Below are positions 1 through 11,161 of a stretch of 64,000 nucleotides of DNA, one piece after another. The DNA comes from an uncultured Nitrososphaerales archaeon (lineage in GTDB: Archaea; Thermoproteota; Nitrososphaeria; Nitrososphaerales; Nitrososphaeraceae). The first letter of the stretch is position 1, and every line of letters begins with the position of its first letter. A program made the translations under genes and the position numbers. The stretch lies in contig CAWJCY010000003.1 in the NCBI GenBank assembly GCA_963841565.1, forward strand, positions 128,001 through 192,000, written 5' to 3'. The notes under the pieces were generated by a model. The model was not told where the DNA came from. It made no database searches and was given only the letters and a program-made list of their open reading frames with translations.

Positions 1-487
1 CACCTCTCTTAGCAACGGGCATAACACCTTCTTTCATATGCACACTCATAGTATGTTCGTCAAAGTAGTCTTCAAAGCCTAGCGACGAACTACTAATCCG
101 ACGAGGGATGTGCCAAGTTTGAATTCCACAAGCTTCTGCAACCAGAGATTGTACATAATCCGCAGTCACTAATGTAGCCTTCTCAATTAGGGCCAGCTCG
201 TTGATTATTGCATCAATTCTCCCTCTAGTAGCCAAACTAATATCATCTACGGAGGGTCTCTCACCTAGAAACCTCAACTCTATGTTCAAACTTTTGCTTA
301 GGCGTCTAATCTTCTTGATTTCATTCAGACCAATGAAGCCGTATTCCTTATTCGTAGACGCCTGAGATTGCAATTCGTCTAATGCTGCGACCGGGATGAT
401 GATAGAATATTCAGAACTCTTGGCTCTTTCAAGTATTCTTGTAAATTCGCCGTCTATTATTGCACTAGTATCTAGTAATACCTTCAT
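1..487 (-). CDS. PIN-domain ATPase (PINA-like), 5' part; runs off the window edge
   Basis: Manual translation MKVLLDTSAIIDG...IIPVAALDELQSQAS...GRIDAII...LVTADYVQSLVAEA...MSVHMKEGVMPVAKRG matches the N-terminal PIN domain of archaeal PINc-ATPase-KH proteins. Confidence 0.85.
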   Translation of the reverse strand, partial: MKVLLDTSAIIDGEFTRILERAKSSEYSIIIPVAALDELQSQASTNKEYGFIGLNEIKKIRRLSKSLNIELRFLGERPSVDDISLATRGRIDAIINELALIEKATLVTADYVQSLVAEACGIQTWHIPRRISSSSLGFEDYFDEHTMSVHMKEGVMPVAKRG

Positions 488-623
488 AGTAACAAAATCA
501 ATCCTTCGTGAAATAAGATACACCACGATGTATTATTATTACGTTCGGTAGTCAAAAATAATGAAGAACTAAGGCCTGACCGATGCGAAAGACTCTTTAA
601 AAAGTTAGGCGATTTTAGCGTTA

Positions 624-1382
624 ATGAAGCTTAAAGGCAAGGTAGCGGTGATTACCGGTGCTGCTGGGGGAGTCGGGAAAGCGACCGTCAAAAGGCTAGC
701 GTCTGAAGGGTGTAAAGTTGTATTGATCGGAAGGAATAAAAAAAGCCTCGATAAAGTTGCTGAACTAATTCAGGAAAAGAAAAACGTCCTTGCTATAAAG
801 GCAGACCTTACCAGAGAAGGTGAGGTGATTAGCGCTGCAGAGCAAATAGCATCTAAGTTTGAAACAATCGACATTCTGGTTAATAATGCTGGGATAATTA
901 GTGATCCAACTCCATTTCATCTCATGACTGAGGAACAATGGAACTTGCTCATTAATACGAATCTAGTTGGGACTTTTAGAATGACAAAGGTTGTACTTCC
1001 ATTTATGCTCAAGAATAAAAGCGGTAGTATTGTCAACATATCTTCCTTGTTAGGAATCAGGGCTATCCCCAACGTTCCATTGTCCATTTATGGCGTAACG
1101 AAGGCAGGCATAATCATGCTAACCAAAAGTATTTCAGTTGAGTACGGACCTTTTGGTATCAGATGCAATTGTGTTGTTCCATCCACTATACAAAGTCCAA
1201 TTATAGATCCTTACTTGCAAGATGAAAATGCTCGAAAATTACTTGAAGCCTCGTTTCCACTGAGGAAGATAGGAACACCAGAAGACATATCAGGGACTGT
1301 TTCATATCTGTGCTCATCAGACGCAAAATGGGTAACCGGCAGTATTATTACCGTTGACGGAGGGATTTCGGCAAAACAGTAA
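624..1382 (+). CDS. Short-chain dehydrogenase/reductase (FabG-like)
   Basis: TGAAGGVG, NNAG and YGVTK catalytic motifs. Confidence 0.9.
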   Translation: MKLKGKVAVITGAAGGVGKATVKRLASEGCKVVLIGRNKKSLDKVAELIQEKKNVLAIKADLTREGEVISAAEQIASKFETIDILVNNAGIISDPTPFHLMTEEQWNLLINTNLVGTFRMTKVVLPFMLKNKSGSIVNISSLLGIRAIPNVPLSIYGVTKAGIIMLTKSISVEYGPFGIRCNCVVPSTIQSPIIDPYLQDENARKLLEASFPLRKIGTPEDISGTVSYLCSSDAKWVTGSIITVDGGISAKQ

Positions 1383-1455
1383 TAGCTGAGATTCGTTACT
1401 ATTTAGAAGTTGTTAGAACTTCCCGCGGTTAAAGGGGGGGTTCAAATCGATCATG

Positions 1456-1959
1456 TTAACCTGTTCCCGTATTCGCTACTAGCAGCTTCTTTTTCCATTT
1501 TCGTACTTTTGGGATGATAGTACCCATTATTAACTTATGAAGATTTTGTATATCGGGGTCGAAGGATAGCAAAAGCACGTAGTATAAGGTACTGTTTACA
1601 TCCGCAATCGGAATTGTTGCTCTTGCCAGATGTTCATATCGGGAACTCGCGTAGTGAATACGTCCGAGATGATATTCCCAGCGTAATCTAGTGTACTGTC
1701 TCGTAGCTGCCGTGATTGCATACTGTGCTCTTTCTTCATCTGAAAGCAAAGGTCTTAGATCTTGACGTTGTGAGACGGCGAGCAGCTTCCCCTCTTTGTC
1801 CGATATGCCAGCAAACCGTATGGAATCATCTAGTGAAATCACTTCATCACATACATTTTGAAATAAGTTAGCTTTACGTTTCATGCCAATAAAAAACAGT
1901 TTTCCGCGTAATTTGAATTTATCAAATTGAGTCTGCTGGTTCATTTTGGAAATTAACAC
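1456..1959 (-). CDS. DUF6659-like thaumarchaeal protein (roadblock/PAS-like); true start may be downstream
   Basis: LDDSIRFAGISDKEGKLL...LRPLLSDEE...LGRIHY motifs typical of this Nitrososphaerota family. Confidence 0.7.
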   Translation of the reverse strand: MLISKMNQQTQFDKFKLRGKLFFIGMKRKANLFQNVCDEVISLDDSIRFAGISDKEGKLLAVSQRQDLRPLLSDEERAQYAITAATRQYTRLRWEYHLGRIHYASSRYEHLARATIPIADVNSTLYYVLLLSFDPDIQNLHKLIMGTIIPKVRKWKKKLLVANTGTG

Positions 1960-2001
1960 TACCGTTTATTAGTATAACTATTGACATGAATTAGCATTCA
2001 A

Positions 2002-3171
2002 TTGCACAATACAACGCGAATCGTTCCTCAAAGTCAACCGTCAATTGGAATAATCGGGGGGGGTCAGTTAGGGAAAATGATTGCACAGGAAGCTAAACGT
2101 ATGTCACTCAAAGTGCATATTCTGGATCCAGATCCAGAATGTCCTGCCTCTTCGTTAGCGGATGAGCTGCTTGTCGCCGATTTCAGGAACCAAACTGCAA
2201 TAAGAAGACTCTCGGAGCTTGCTGATGTACTAACATACGAAATAGAACTGGCAGACTCGGACGTTCTTATCGATCTTAGTCGTGCCAGGAAGCCTATCCA
2301 TCCCGCTCCCGAGACTCTCAAAATAATTCAAAACAAGTATAGACAAAAGGTTTTTCTGCAAGAAAAGAAATTGCCTGTCCCCAATTTCGCTCTATTAGAA
2401 GATGTTGCCTGCAGCACAAATACTGACTTAGAGCGATTCCCGCTAATATTGAAAGCATGCGAAAATTCGTACGACGGACGAGGGAACCGACTGATTTACA
2501 GTGAGGAAGATATTGCAAATGCGGTAAGTGAGAAGAGCCCTGGAAAGTGGATGGTCGAGGAAATCATAAATTTCAGGAAGGAACTATCCGTCATGGTGGC
2601 CAGAAATGAATCCGGTCAGGTCTCCTCTTTCCCTGTGGCTGAAAATATACATTCTGACAGCATTCTGGATACTACTTTGGTACCTGCAAGGATATCCAAG
2701 CACACAGAAGGGATAGTTCAAGATATAGCAGAGAAGACAATTGATGTCTTAAAGGGTTCTGGTATATTTTGTGTTGAAATGTTCTTAACAACAAATGGCG
2801 AGATCCTGATTAATGAGATTGCCCCGAGACCTCACAATTCTGGACACTATAGTATTGAAGGCTGCTCTATTTCTCAGTTTGAACAGCATATTAGAGCAAT
2901 TTTGAACCTGCCGCTTCCAAAGCCCCTATTAAGGTCACCGACGGTGATGGTCAATATTTTAGGACCTAGAGAATTTGAAGGGGAGTATTATTTAGATGGC
3001 TTGAACGAGCTTCTAAGCATAGAAGGACTGAAATTGCATTTGTATGGGAAACGCATTTCAAAACCGAGGAGAAAGCTGGGGCATGTTACGATAACAGCAG
3101 CCTCTATTTCGGACGCAATCGACAAATCGAGAAAAGCAAAGAGTAATTTAAGAATCATGAACAAGACTTGA
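2002..3171 (+). CDS. purK: N5-carboxyaminoimidazole ribonucleotide synthetase
   Basis: [37 protein letters not shown]. Confidence 0.95.
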   Translation: MHNTTRIVPQSQPSIGIIGGGQLGKMIAQEAKRMSLKVHILDPDPECPASSLADELLVADFRNQTAIRRLSELADVLTYEIELADSDVLIDLSRARKPIHPAPETLKIIQNKYRQKVFLQEKKLPVPNFALLEDVACSTNTDLERFPLILKACENSYDGRGNRLIYSEEDIANAVSEKSPGKWMVEEIINFRKELSVMVARNESGQVSSFPVAENIHSDSILDTTLVPARISKHTEGIVQDIAEKTIDVLKGSGIFCVEMFLTTNGEILINEIAPRPHNSGHYSIEGCSISQFEQHIRAILNLPLPKPLLRSPTVMVNILGPREFEGEYYLDGLNELLSIEGLKLHLYGKRISKPRRKLGHVTITAASISDAIDKSRKAKSNLRIMNKT

Positions 3172-3178
3172 TGTTGCT

Positions 3179-3688
3179 ATGAATCACACACTTGTCGGAA
3201 TCATTATGGGGAGTGATTCAGATCTCCCTATAATGAAGAATGCCTCTGACATTCTACTGCAATTTGAAGTAGAGCATGAGATAAGAATCGTTTCTGCCCA
3301 TAGGACCGTTCACGAGATGATATCATATGGAGAAAGTGCTAAAAAGAGAGGTTTAGAGGTCCTAATAGCCGGAGCAGGAGGTGCAGCTCACCTCCCTGGT
3401 ATGATTGCTTCACTGACACTATTACCGGTCATAGGTGTTCCCATCAAAACCTCTAACCTCGAGGGAATTGATTCTCTTCTATCAATAGCTCAAATGCCTT
3501 CAGGGATCCCCGTTGCTACGGTCGCCATAAATGGCTCAGCCAATGCTCCTATACTCGCTTGTCAGATACTCGCTATCAAGTATCCGGAAATACTAACTAA
3601 ACTAGAACGGTATCGCTCTGACATGAGAAATAAGGTGATCGCTATCGCAGAGAAGGTTCAAGGGGAATTTAATTCAAAAAATTCCTAG
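3179..3688 (+). CDS. purE: N5-CAIR mutase
   Basis: [35 protein letters not shown]. Confidence 0.96.
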   Translation: MNHTLVGIIMGSDSDLPIMKNASDILLQFEVEHEIRIVSAHRTVHEMISYGESAKKRGLEVLIAGAGGAAHLPGMIASLTLLPVIGVPIKTSNLEGIDSLLSIAQMPSGIPVATVAINGSANAPILACQILAIKYPEILTKLERYRSDMRNKVIAIAEKVQGEFNSKNS

Positions 3689-5133
3689 TTTCTTCCCTTC
3701 AACACTGCACGTGACTTGAACAGCGGTTTTACTCCTAATGGTGAATAATCACCGGTAGTACATGTAAAGCACAATTCCTTCTCGGGTATATTAATAGCCC
3801 TTGCAAGTGTAGATGTGTTATTGTAAGCTACGAAATCTGCCCCCAAAGTTCGTGCAACTTTATGTGCAATATCCGTAGTACTGACCGGGTCTTCCTGCAC
3901 CTGTTGGTATGCCAAAAGTTCTTCCTGGGAGGGAAAGTCAATGCCTGCGTAGCAGGGGTAACGGACCGGTGGATAGGTGACTATCATGCTAATCTTATTT
4001 GCCCCATATTCTCTAAGCATTTTTATTATTGAGGCAGAACTTACCCCCCTAACTATGCTATCGTCAACGACGACGATATTTTTTCCCCGTATCACGTCTG
4101 CTAGCGGAATAATCCCTTTATTTATTTCCACTCGTGTCTCGTGAAAAGGCTCAATAAAACTTCGCATCGACCCCTTCTTGCTATATCTATTCTTCATTAA
4201 CCCTTCCTCAAAGGGAAGGCCAGCTTCCAGCGCATAACCAAGGGCTGCCGGGCGGGCTGAATCTGGAACTGGTATAACAAGGTCTGCATCAGGGATTCTG
4301 AATTCTCTTGCCAAGAACTCACCGATACGTTTACGAGCTGCGTATACGTTGACACTTTCCATAACACTAGTGGGATGCGCAAAATAAGTGTATTCAAATG
4401 CACAATGCGCATGTGGACTCTCTTTCGCGAAATATTCTGATCTAAGTCCAGAATCGTCGATCTGAAGAATCTCGCCAGGCTCTACATCTCTAAGCAAATA
4501 CGCTCCCACAGCAGAAAGTGCACAAGATTCTGATGCCACAATGTAAGTATTCGATGGTTTGTGTAATCCGACAACAAGAGGTCTAAATCCCTTAGGGTCC
4601 CTTGCTGCGTAGACCGACCCATCACCAGTTAAAAATGTGAAACAGAACGAACCAATCATTTCTTGCTTTAAGATGGTAAGTGCCTCGGTTAAGTCCTTCT
4701 TTTCTGCGAGATGACCTGCCAGATGCTGAGCCGCAACCAAGGTGTCAGTCATCGACTGAGGGGTAAAAGAGCAACCACCTACCACTGATGTCAACTGGTC
4801 AACATTTGCAATTGTCCCATTATGAGCAATACACAGCTCTTTTACCTTGATCGGCTGAGCATTATTCAATGTACTCTTACCAGTAGTAGAGTAACGGACA
4901 TGACCTATAGCGGCGTGAGACTCGTATTTCCTCGTAATCATGGCAAATTCATTCGCTGAAGACGATACCAATCCAATTCTTTTTAATGGACTTTTCTGAG
5001 GAACCGCCACACCCCAGGCTTCTTGACCCCTATGTTGAAGCGCTCGTAGGCAATCAATTACGAAGGGGATCACATTAATTCTATCCATAGAAAAAATACC
5101 GACCACACCACAGTTTTCGTGGATCATTTCCAA
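3685..5133 (-). CDS. purF: Amidophosphoribosyltransferase
   Basis: Propeptide then [29 protein letters not shown]. Confidence 0.96.
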   Translation of the reverse strand: MEMIHENCGVVGIFSMDRINVIPFVIDCLRALQHRGQEAWGVAVPQKSPLKRIGLVSSSANEFAMITRKYESHAAIGHVRYSTTGKSTLNNAQPIKVKELCIAHNGTIANVDQLTSVVGGCSFTPQSMTDTLVAAQHLAGHLAEKKDLTEALTILKQEMIGSFCFTFLTGDGSVYAARDPKGFRPLVVGLHKPSNTYIVASESCALSAVGAYLLRDVEPGEILQIDDSGLRSEYFAKESPHAHCAFEYTYFAHPTSVMESVNVYAARKRIGEFLAREFRIPDADLVIPVPDSARPAALGYALEAGLPFEEGLMKNRYSKKGSMRSFIEPFHETRVEINKGIIPLADVIRGKNIVVVDDSIVRGVSSASIIKMLREYGANKISMIVTYPPVRYPCYAGIDFPSQEELLAYQQVQEDPVSTTDIAHKVARTLGADFVAYNNTSTLARAINIPEKELCFTCTTGDYSPLGVKPLFKSRAVLKGRN

Positions 5134-5234
5134 CCCCTCATCAAATACAATCTATCCATTCCCCACTATAATGCCTTCCAATTATAGTAGGTCTGAATCT
5201 TAAATAACAGGTCATTTCCGAGAACATTTTGGCA

Positions 5235-7439
5235 TTATTTACTGACATCGTTCAACATACTCTCAAGAGAATTGTTATAAGCGAGTCTTAATTTATTCAG
5301 CTCCAATTTAGCAAGGATCTGGTGTCCACCACGATATTGCACGGTGTCATTCGATGACGAATCAACCGCATAACCTATCTTATTGCAATGGACTTGGCTC
5401 CTGCTATCCCTTAGTATTTCAATCAACTCCTTTGGTTTTTCAGTTGCAACCACATATCGTGAATTGGATTCCGAAAACATAAGGCTGTCAATTCTATTAC
5501 AAGTATTGGATGCCAACGAAATGTCTATATCAAAACCTGTATTTCCATTTATGGCCAGCTCAGCTAGAGCTACTGCAATGCCACCCTTAGAGCAATCATG
5601 AACACCGTTCACAACACCGCTCGATATAGAATTAGAAACGGCCGAAGCATTTCTCTTGTCCTCAGCCAAGTCGAGCTTGGGAATGTTTCCACTATCGCTC
5701 CTGTGATAGGATAGATAATACTCTGATCCACCCAACTCTTCCTTAGTTTGACCAATTAAAAAAATACTACATCGTGGGTCCAGTCGAGCTCTGCCTACTT
5801 TCTCCAGATTGCGCCCCAAACCTATTGCGCCTATAACAGGAGACGGTTTTATAGGTAAACCATTCCTCTCATTATAAAAACTCACTTTCCCACCTATCAC
5901 GGGTAATGTAAAGAAATCACAATAGTCCTTAATCGCTGATACTGCCTGCTGAAATGTCCAGAAGACTTCAGGGTTTTCCGGGCTCCCGAATTGCAGGTGG
6001 TCGATTATTCCTACGGGGGAAGCGCCAGAACAGATCACATTACGAACAGCTTCTGAAATACATCCAAGTGTCCCTTGGTATGGGTCGAAATAACATCGTC
6101 TGCTGTTACCATCCATAGACATTGCAACATACTTTCCGTTACCTAACCTCAGAATAGAAGAGTCGCCTTCTCCTGGTTTTAGGACAGTTCTTAACCCAAC
6201 CTCAGAATCGTATTGTTCATAAATCCAGGAACGTTTGCAAATGTTAGGCCTACGCAGTAAATCTAGCAAGATTGAGCCAAGGTTCTTTGGTGAAGCTATT
6301 CTAGTAGCATGCTTCCTTTTCAAATAAGATGGACGCGACGATTTTCTGTTCAAAAGTGGCGCACATGTCACAATATGTGCTGGAATGTCAGCTATCACTT
6401 CTGAATTGTACCTTATCTTGATCTCATGACCAGAACAAACTTTTCCAATAATGGAATAGCCTATCTCGTATTTGGCAAATATCTTTTCTAGAGATTCTCT
6501 ATCATCCTTACCCACAATCAAAAGCATTCTTTCCTGAGATTCGGAGATCAAAATTTCTGACGGACTCATCCCTTTTTCTCTGAGTCTAACACAAGAAAGG
6601 TCGACATCAAGGCCCTTCCCCAGATTGTGCGACGTTTCTGACAAGCAACATGCGAGACCCCCTCCGCCTAAATCTTTCATTGCCTTGATATATCTATCCT
6701 CAGATGCCTCCAAAATTGCTTCAATGAGTATCTTTTTAAGGAAAGGATCAGGTATCTGGACTGCTGATCTGTTTTCGTGAACTAACCCTACAGATGCGAA
6801 TGCCGCTCCGTGAATTCCATCTCTACCTGTAGCTCCCCCCACCAGAAAAATCAGGTCTCCGATGTCCGCGAGATTCGCTATTATTTTATTTGTCTTACTT
6901 AGGCCTATACACACCACATCAACCAAACAATAATTATTGAAGGAGCTATCAAACTCAAGTTCTCCGCCTATTGTAGGAACTCCTATACAGTTGCCGTAAT
7001 CTGAAATACCTCTTACTACATTTCGGAGAAGCCAACGTGTGTGTTGATTTACCTTTGGCTCGTGACCATTAATGTCTCCGAAACGAAGTCCGTTCATAAG
7101 AGCTATAGGCCTGGTCCCTGCCGACAATATGTCTCGAACCACGCCGCCAACCCCTGTTGCTGCGCCTCCATACGGTTCAATAGCAGAAGGATGGTTATGA
7201 CTTTCGATACGAACTGTTAGAATAAGATCATCACCTAATTCAATCAGCCCTGCATCAAAGCCGCTGTCCATCCCGATTCGCGCTCCTAATACAGGCAGCC
7301 GTGAAATATACTTCTTTGACGATTTGTAAGAACAATGTTCAGACCATTCAGCGGCGACCATTTGTAATTCAGTTTCCGTTGGATGTCGATTCAATGATTT
7401 TTTCAGGTGTGAAAATTCAGCTGTTGTCAATGCACTCAA
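5235..7439 (-). CDS. purL: FGAM synthase subunit PurL
   Basis: WSEHCSYKSS, ESHNHPS, DLGGGG, SESQERM, GGKVSFYNE. Confidence 0.96.
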   Translation of the reverse strand: MSALTTAEFSHLKKSLNRHPTETELQMVAAEWSEHCSYKSSKKYISRLPVLGARIGMDSGFDAGLIELGDDLILTVRIESHNHPSAIEPYGGAATGVGGVVRDILSAGTRPIALMNGLRFGDINGHEPKVNQHTRWLLRNVVRGISDYGNCIGVPTIGGELEFDSSFNNYCLVDVVCIGLSKTNKIIANLADIGDLIFLVGGATGRDGIHGAAFASVGLVHENRSAVQIPDPFLKKILIEAILEASEDRYIKAMKDLGGGGLACCLSETSHNLGKGLDVDLSCVRLREKGMSPSEILISESQERMLLIVGKDDRESLEKIFAKYEIGYSIIGKVCSGHEIKIRYNSEVIADIPAHIVTCAPLLNRKSSRPSYLKRKHATRIASPKNLGSILLDLLRRPNICKRSWIYEQYDSEVGLRTVLKPGEGDSSILRLGNGKYVAMSMDGNSRRCYFDPYQGTLGCISEAVRNVICSGASPVGIIDHLQFGSPENPEVFWTFQQAVSAIKDYCDFFTLPVIGGKVSFYNERNGLPIKPSPVIGAIGLGRNLEKVGRARLDPRCSIFLIGQTKEELGGSEYYLSYHRSDSGNIPKLDLAEDKRNASAVSNSISSGVVNGVHDCSKGGIAVALAELAINGNTGFDIDISLASNTCNRIDSLMFSESNSRYVVATEKPKELIEILRDSRSQVHCNKIGYAVDSSSNDTVQYRGGHQILAKLELNKLRLAYNNSLESMLNDVSK

Positions 7440-7457
7440 TTCTTACATCACAAACCT

Positions 7458-8153
7458 TTACCTCGTGTGAGTGTCACCTAAATAGTGCATCAGGGATCGG
7501 AAAATTATTGAACCATCTATGCTATTGACCACCGGTGACAACACCCGTTCGGAAGCTCTCTCAGGATGAGGCATCATCCCTACTACATTTCCTTCAAGAT
7601 TGCATATTGCTGCAATCGACTCAATTGATCCATTTGGATTCTCATCCAAAAAGCTCAACACTATTTGATCCTTTTGTCTTAACTCCTTTATAGTTGGGCT
7701 ATCTGCGACATACCGGCCCTCACCATGAGCAATTGGCATTCTTATCTTTTGATTTTTTTGGAACAATCTTGTAAATGGAGTAGTGGCATTCTTTACTTTA
7801 GCATCAACCCATTTACATACGAAGCTCAAGCGTTCATTTTTCACTAAAGCTCCAGGAAGTAAACCTGATTCAATCAATATCTGAAATCCATTGCAAATGC
7901 CTAATACAGGTACGCCATCCTTTGCCATACTCTTCACTTCATGTATGACGGGACTATGAGCTGCAATTACTCCGGCTCTTAATCTGTCTCCATAAGAGAA
8001 TCCCCCAGGCAGTACCAGTCCTGAAAAACCATTCAAGGTTTGTCTGTTATGCCAAATGTATTCAGTTTCTACATGCATAACTTCAGATAAAACGTGGAAT
8101 ACATCTCGATCACAATTTGTGCCAGGAAACACAATGACACCGATTTTTTTCAT
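7458..8153 (-). CDS. purQ: FGAM synthase glutaminase subunit PurQ
   Basis: FPGTNCD, GGFSYGD, GICNGFQIL, GMMPHPER. Confidence 0.96.
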   Translation of the reverse strand: MKKIGVIVFPGTNCDRDVFHVLSEVMHVETEYIWHNRQTLNGFSGLVLPGGFSYGDRLRAGVIAAHSPVIHEVKSMAKDGVPVLGICNGFQILIESGLLPGALVKNERLSFVCKWVDAKVKNATTPFTRLFQKNQKIRMPIAHGEGRYVADSPTIKELRQKDQIVLSFLDENPNGSIESIAAICNLEGNVVGMMPHPERASERVLSPVVNSIDGSIIFRSLMHYLGDTHTR

Positions 8154-8478
8154 CGTCGGGTTTGTTATTGACTATCTAGTTACAGGTATTTAATGTGTAC
8201 TCCTTCTCCGCTATCGCTTTAGGATTGAAGTATGACAGTTGGAATTATTTTTTAGTAATATAAGTATGGCTGCAATAACCTAAAGATCAGTACCAAATAT
8301 CTCATCCGGTGGTTTAACTGGCTCCACTATTGTATAGGCGAAGGTCAAAAAAACTAGTATAAGTAACTTCCTGAGGTAGGAGTGTGGGTAACCAACCAGA
8401 GTATTCCTAATTATGGAATCAACAACCAACGACTTTTATGCGATCTAAAATAATTATAGTCCAAAGGGACAGGCTCTC

Positions 8479-8772
8479 TCAACTTTTCATGGAAGAAGCT
8501 GTGACTGTGACAACACACTTACTTACGACAGGATTATAGAGCCTCAATTCAGAACATATTTTCAATACCATTTTCTTAGCTTGTTCTTCTGTTCTCGATC
8601 TAACCAACATATTTATGGTTTTTGAACACCTTACCGCCTCGACTTCGACAAAACCACCTCTTAGGATTAGATCCTTCAATATAGTTTCACCTTCAGGGTC
8701 GGGGAGATATTTCTTATTTGCTATTGACACCAATACTGAGTATTTTTTCTTACCATCATTGCCTTTATTCAT
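8479..8772 (-). CDS. purS: FGAM synthase subunit PurS (start refined to ATG 8772)
   Basis: DPEGETI and LYNPVVS motifs; adjacent to purQL. Confidence 0.88.
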   Translation of the reverse strand: MNKGNDGKKKYSVLVSIANKKYLPDPEGETILKDLILRGGFVEVEAVRCSKTINMLVRSRTEEQAKKMVLKICSELRLYNPVVSKCVVTVTASSMKS

Positions 8773-8876
8773 TCCTGATCTCCAGAAGAAATACAATTAT
8801 TGCTCGATGGCAACATCGAATAATTTTGATGAACAACTTATTAAATACCTATTGACTAGGTTCAACTAAAGTACTT

Positions 8877-8951
8877 GGTCATGTAGCTCAGCTTGGTTAG
8901 AGCGAAGGTTTTGTAAACCTTAGGTCGTGGGTTCAAGTCCCACCATGACCT
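8877..8951 (+). tRNA. tRNA-Thr(UGU), no intron
   Basis: Cloverleaf: acceptor GGTCATG/CATGACC, D-arm GCTC/GAGC, anticodon stem AAGGT/ACCTT with loop TTTGTAA, T-arm GTGGG-TTCAAGT-CCCAC, discriminator U; TATA-like ttattaaata about 30 bp upstream. Confidence 0.93.
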
Positions 8952-9024
8952 CCTCGCATCTAAAAATTGCAGCTGCTGAAGTAAGTATAAATTGGAATGA
9001 CGAGTCCAGCTGAGGATTAGAATC

Positions 9025-9864
9025 ATGCGCCTTTTGCGCGAGGGTAAGGTAAAAAATATTTTCCAACTGGAGAACGGAAATTTGCTATTGAAATTCAGCG
9101 ACAGAGTCTCAGCATTCGACATAAAATTTGATCAGAGAATTCCCAATAAAGGCAAGGTATTATGCAGGTTTGCTAACTTCTGGTTCAATAAGTTGGATGT
9201 TCCAAGTCATCTCATAGGAATGAGAGAAGAAAATGTGATGGAAGTTAAGAGACTGTCAATGATTCCATACGAATTCATCGTTCGCGGCTATTATTATGGA
9301 TCTATGTTGGAAAGATATGCTACAGGCAGCGAACTTAAATCCCTTTTTGGGGAGAAGTTAACTCTAGAGAAGGGAGCGAAGTTACCCTATCCGATCTTTG
9401 AAATAACGACTAAATCCGAAGAACATGATGTTCCTGTAGAACGAGACAAGGTTCTAAGTTCAGGTAACCTAACGGGCGGTACTCTTAAGGAGATAGAAGA
9501 TACATCATTAGCGATTTACAGTACCTTGTGGTCATTTTCAAAACAATCGGGCTTTATAATCGCCGACGTCAAACTTGAGTTTGGTTTTGATGAATACAGT
9601 GAGTTAACCCTAGCTGACTCTATAGGGCCGGATGAATCTAGAATCTGGCTTGAGAAAGACTACCACCCTGGCCAAACACAAGGAAGCTACGACAAACAGC
9701 TGTTACGAGATTGGCTGATTGAAATAGGGTTCAGACAAGAAATCATTCGTTTGGCCTCGAAGGGCAAATCCCCTAAGCCCCCTAGAATCCCCGAATTTCT
9801 AGTCAATGAAATGAGCGATCGGTACATTTATGCGTATGAAAAAATCACCGGCGAAAAGCTATAG
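9025..9864 (+). CDS. purC: SAICAR synthetase
   Basis: GKVKNIF, SDRVSAFD, ADVKLEFG, GPDESRIW, YDKQLLRDWL. Confidence 0.95.
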   Translation: MRLLREGKVKNIFQLENGNLLLKFSDRVSAFDIKFDQRIPNKGKVLCRFANFWFNKLDVPSHLIGMREENVMEVKRLSMIPYEFIVRGYYYGSMLERYATGSELKSLFGEKLTLEKGAKLPYPIFEITTKSEEHDVPVERDKVLSSGNLTGGTLKEIEDTSLAIYSTLWSFSKQSGFIIADVKLEFGFDEYSELTLADSIGPDESRIWLEKDYHPGQTQGSYDKQLLRDWLIEIGFRQEIIRLASKGKSPKPPRIPEFLVNEMSDRYIYAYEKITGEKL

Positions 9865-9893
9865 CAAATTCAACCCCATGTTTCGCGTTCAAG

Positions 9894-10313
9894 CTACTCA
9901 ACAGTTATCTTTAGTTCGGCTTCTGTGTCAGGATTTTGTAGTTTCATTACCAAATCTCGTGGCATATCTGAGGAAGCTTTATCACAAAGTACACATAGAG
10001 TTCGAGGGCATACAAAGTTACTTTTCCTGATGACAATGTCGTGGCCATGCGAGAGCGTCAAACGCTGATCTGTGAAACCATGCATACTAAAGCTCATCCC
10101 AGCTACAATAATTTCAAGATTCACCCTCCTCCCAGCCTCGGACAGTTTTGCCTTAAACTCTCTATCAAAATCATTACACGCTTTGCTGGCAGAAACTCCA
10201 GCTATACAGACTCCTTTCGTGCTTAATGACACTGCTTTCGTGATCTCTATCGTCTTCTTATGGAGGCATCGGATGTTCCTGTGACCTAAAAAAGTGACCC
10301 TCTCCTCTTTCAT
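9894..10313 (-). CDS. DUF371 family protein
   Basis: GHRNI..LHKKTIEITK, CIAGVSASKAC, DIVIRKSNF..PRTL, DKASSDMPRDLV. Confidence 0.85.
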   Translation of the reverse strand: MKEERVTFLGHRNIRCLHKKTIEITKAVSLSTKGVCIAGVSASKACNDFDREFKAKLSEAGRRVNLEIIVAGMSFSMHGFTDQRLTLSHGHDIVIRKSNFVCPRTLCVLCDKASSDMPRDLVMKLQNPDTEAELKITVE

Positions 10314-10395
10314 AATACAATTTTGCCTTGCGTAATCATATATAAGTGACCCAAGGTAAATTTAAATTGAACTCATTTAAGTAGATTAGAATGAA

Positions 10396-11133
10396 TTGTT
10401 ACCAGCAGCAGCGGGATATGATAGAGCTATAACGGTTTTCTCTCCTGATGGGAGGCTTTACCAAGTAGAATATGCAATAGAGACGGTTAGAAGGGGCACT
10501 CTTGCAGTTGGATTGAAGTACAAGGGAGGAGTCATCCTCGCAGTTGAAGAAAAGACACGAAAATTGCAAATTTCAAATGTTACCCAGAAAATCTTTCAAG
10601 TTGATGATCACATAGGTGTCGCTGCGGCGGGTTATATTCCTGACGCTAGATCACAAGTTGATCATGCGAGATTTTTTGCACAGAGTAACAGACTGATTTA
10701 CGATGAACCTGTTGATGTTGAGGGCGTTGCGAAGAATATTGCCGACATGGCTCAGCAATTTACACAATACGCCGGTGTAAGGCCTTTTGGGGTAGCCTTA
10801 ATTCTAGCGGGGGTGGACGAAACAGGTGCGTCACTATATTTGACTGACCCAAGTGGAACGTACATTGGTTACGATGCTGTGGCAATCGGAGCAGGAAGCG
10901 ATCAGGTTACTGAATATCTAGAAAAGAGCTACAAAATGGACATTAGTCTCGAGGAATGCGGATCTCTAGCGATTGAGTCAATTTATTTGGTCAGCGAGGA
11001 CAAGAACAGCACCAGAAATATCAAAATGGCTGTTATTGACACAAATACCAAGATTATGAGGAAAGTCCTTGATGAAGAACTCGAAAGCTATGCCAAGTTA
11101 GCCAAGCAAAGAGAAACTGCGAAGGGACAGTGA
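10396..11133 (+). CDS. psmA: Proteasome subunit alpha
   Basis: YDRAITVFSPDGRLYQVEYA, GVRPFGVALI, TDPSG. Confidence 0.97.
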   Translation: MLPAAAGYDRAITVFSPDGRLYQVEYAIETVRRGTLAVGLKYKGGVILAVEEKTRKLQISNVTQKIFQVDDHIGVAAAGYIPDARSQVDHARFFAQSNRLIYDEPVDVEGVAKNIADMAQQFTQYAGVRPFGVALILAGVDETGASLYLTDPSGTYIGYDAVAIGAGSDQVTEYLEKSYKMDISLEECGSLAIESIYLVSEDKNSTRNIKMAVIDTNTKIMRKVLDEELESYAKLAKQRETAKGQ

Positions 11134-11161
11134 GTTAGTTAAGAAAGCCTCTGTTTCGAGC

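Noticed and set aside
1420-1452. tRNA fragment (GGTTCAAATC) between convergent genes
   Set aside because: No paired T-stem or acceptor stem; too short to support
8154-8478. ncRNA or small gene in the 325-bp purS-purQ gap
   Set aside because: No convincing structure, C/D boxes or start-to-stop ORF; only interrupted hydrophobic frames
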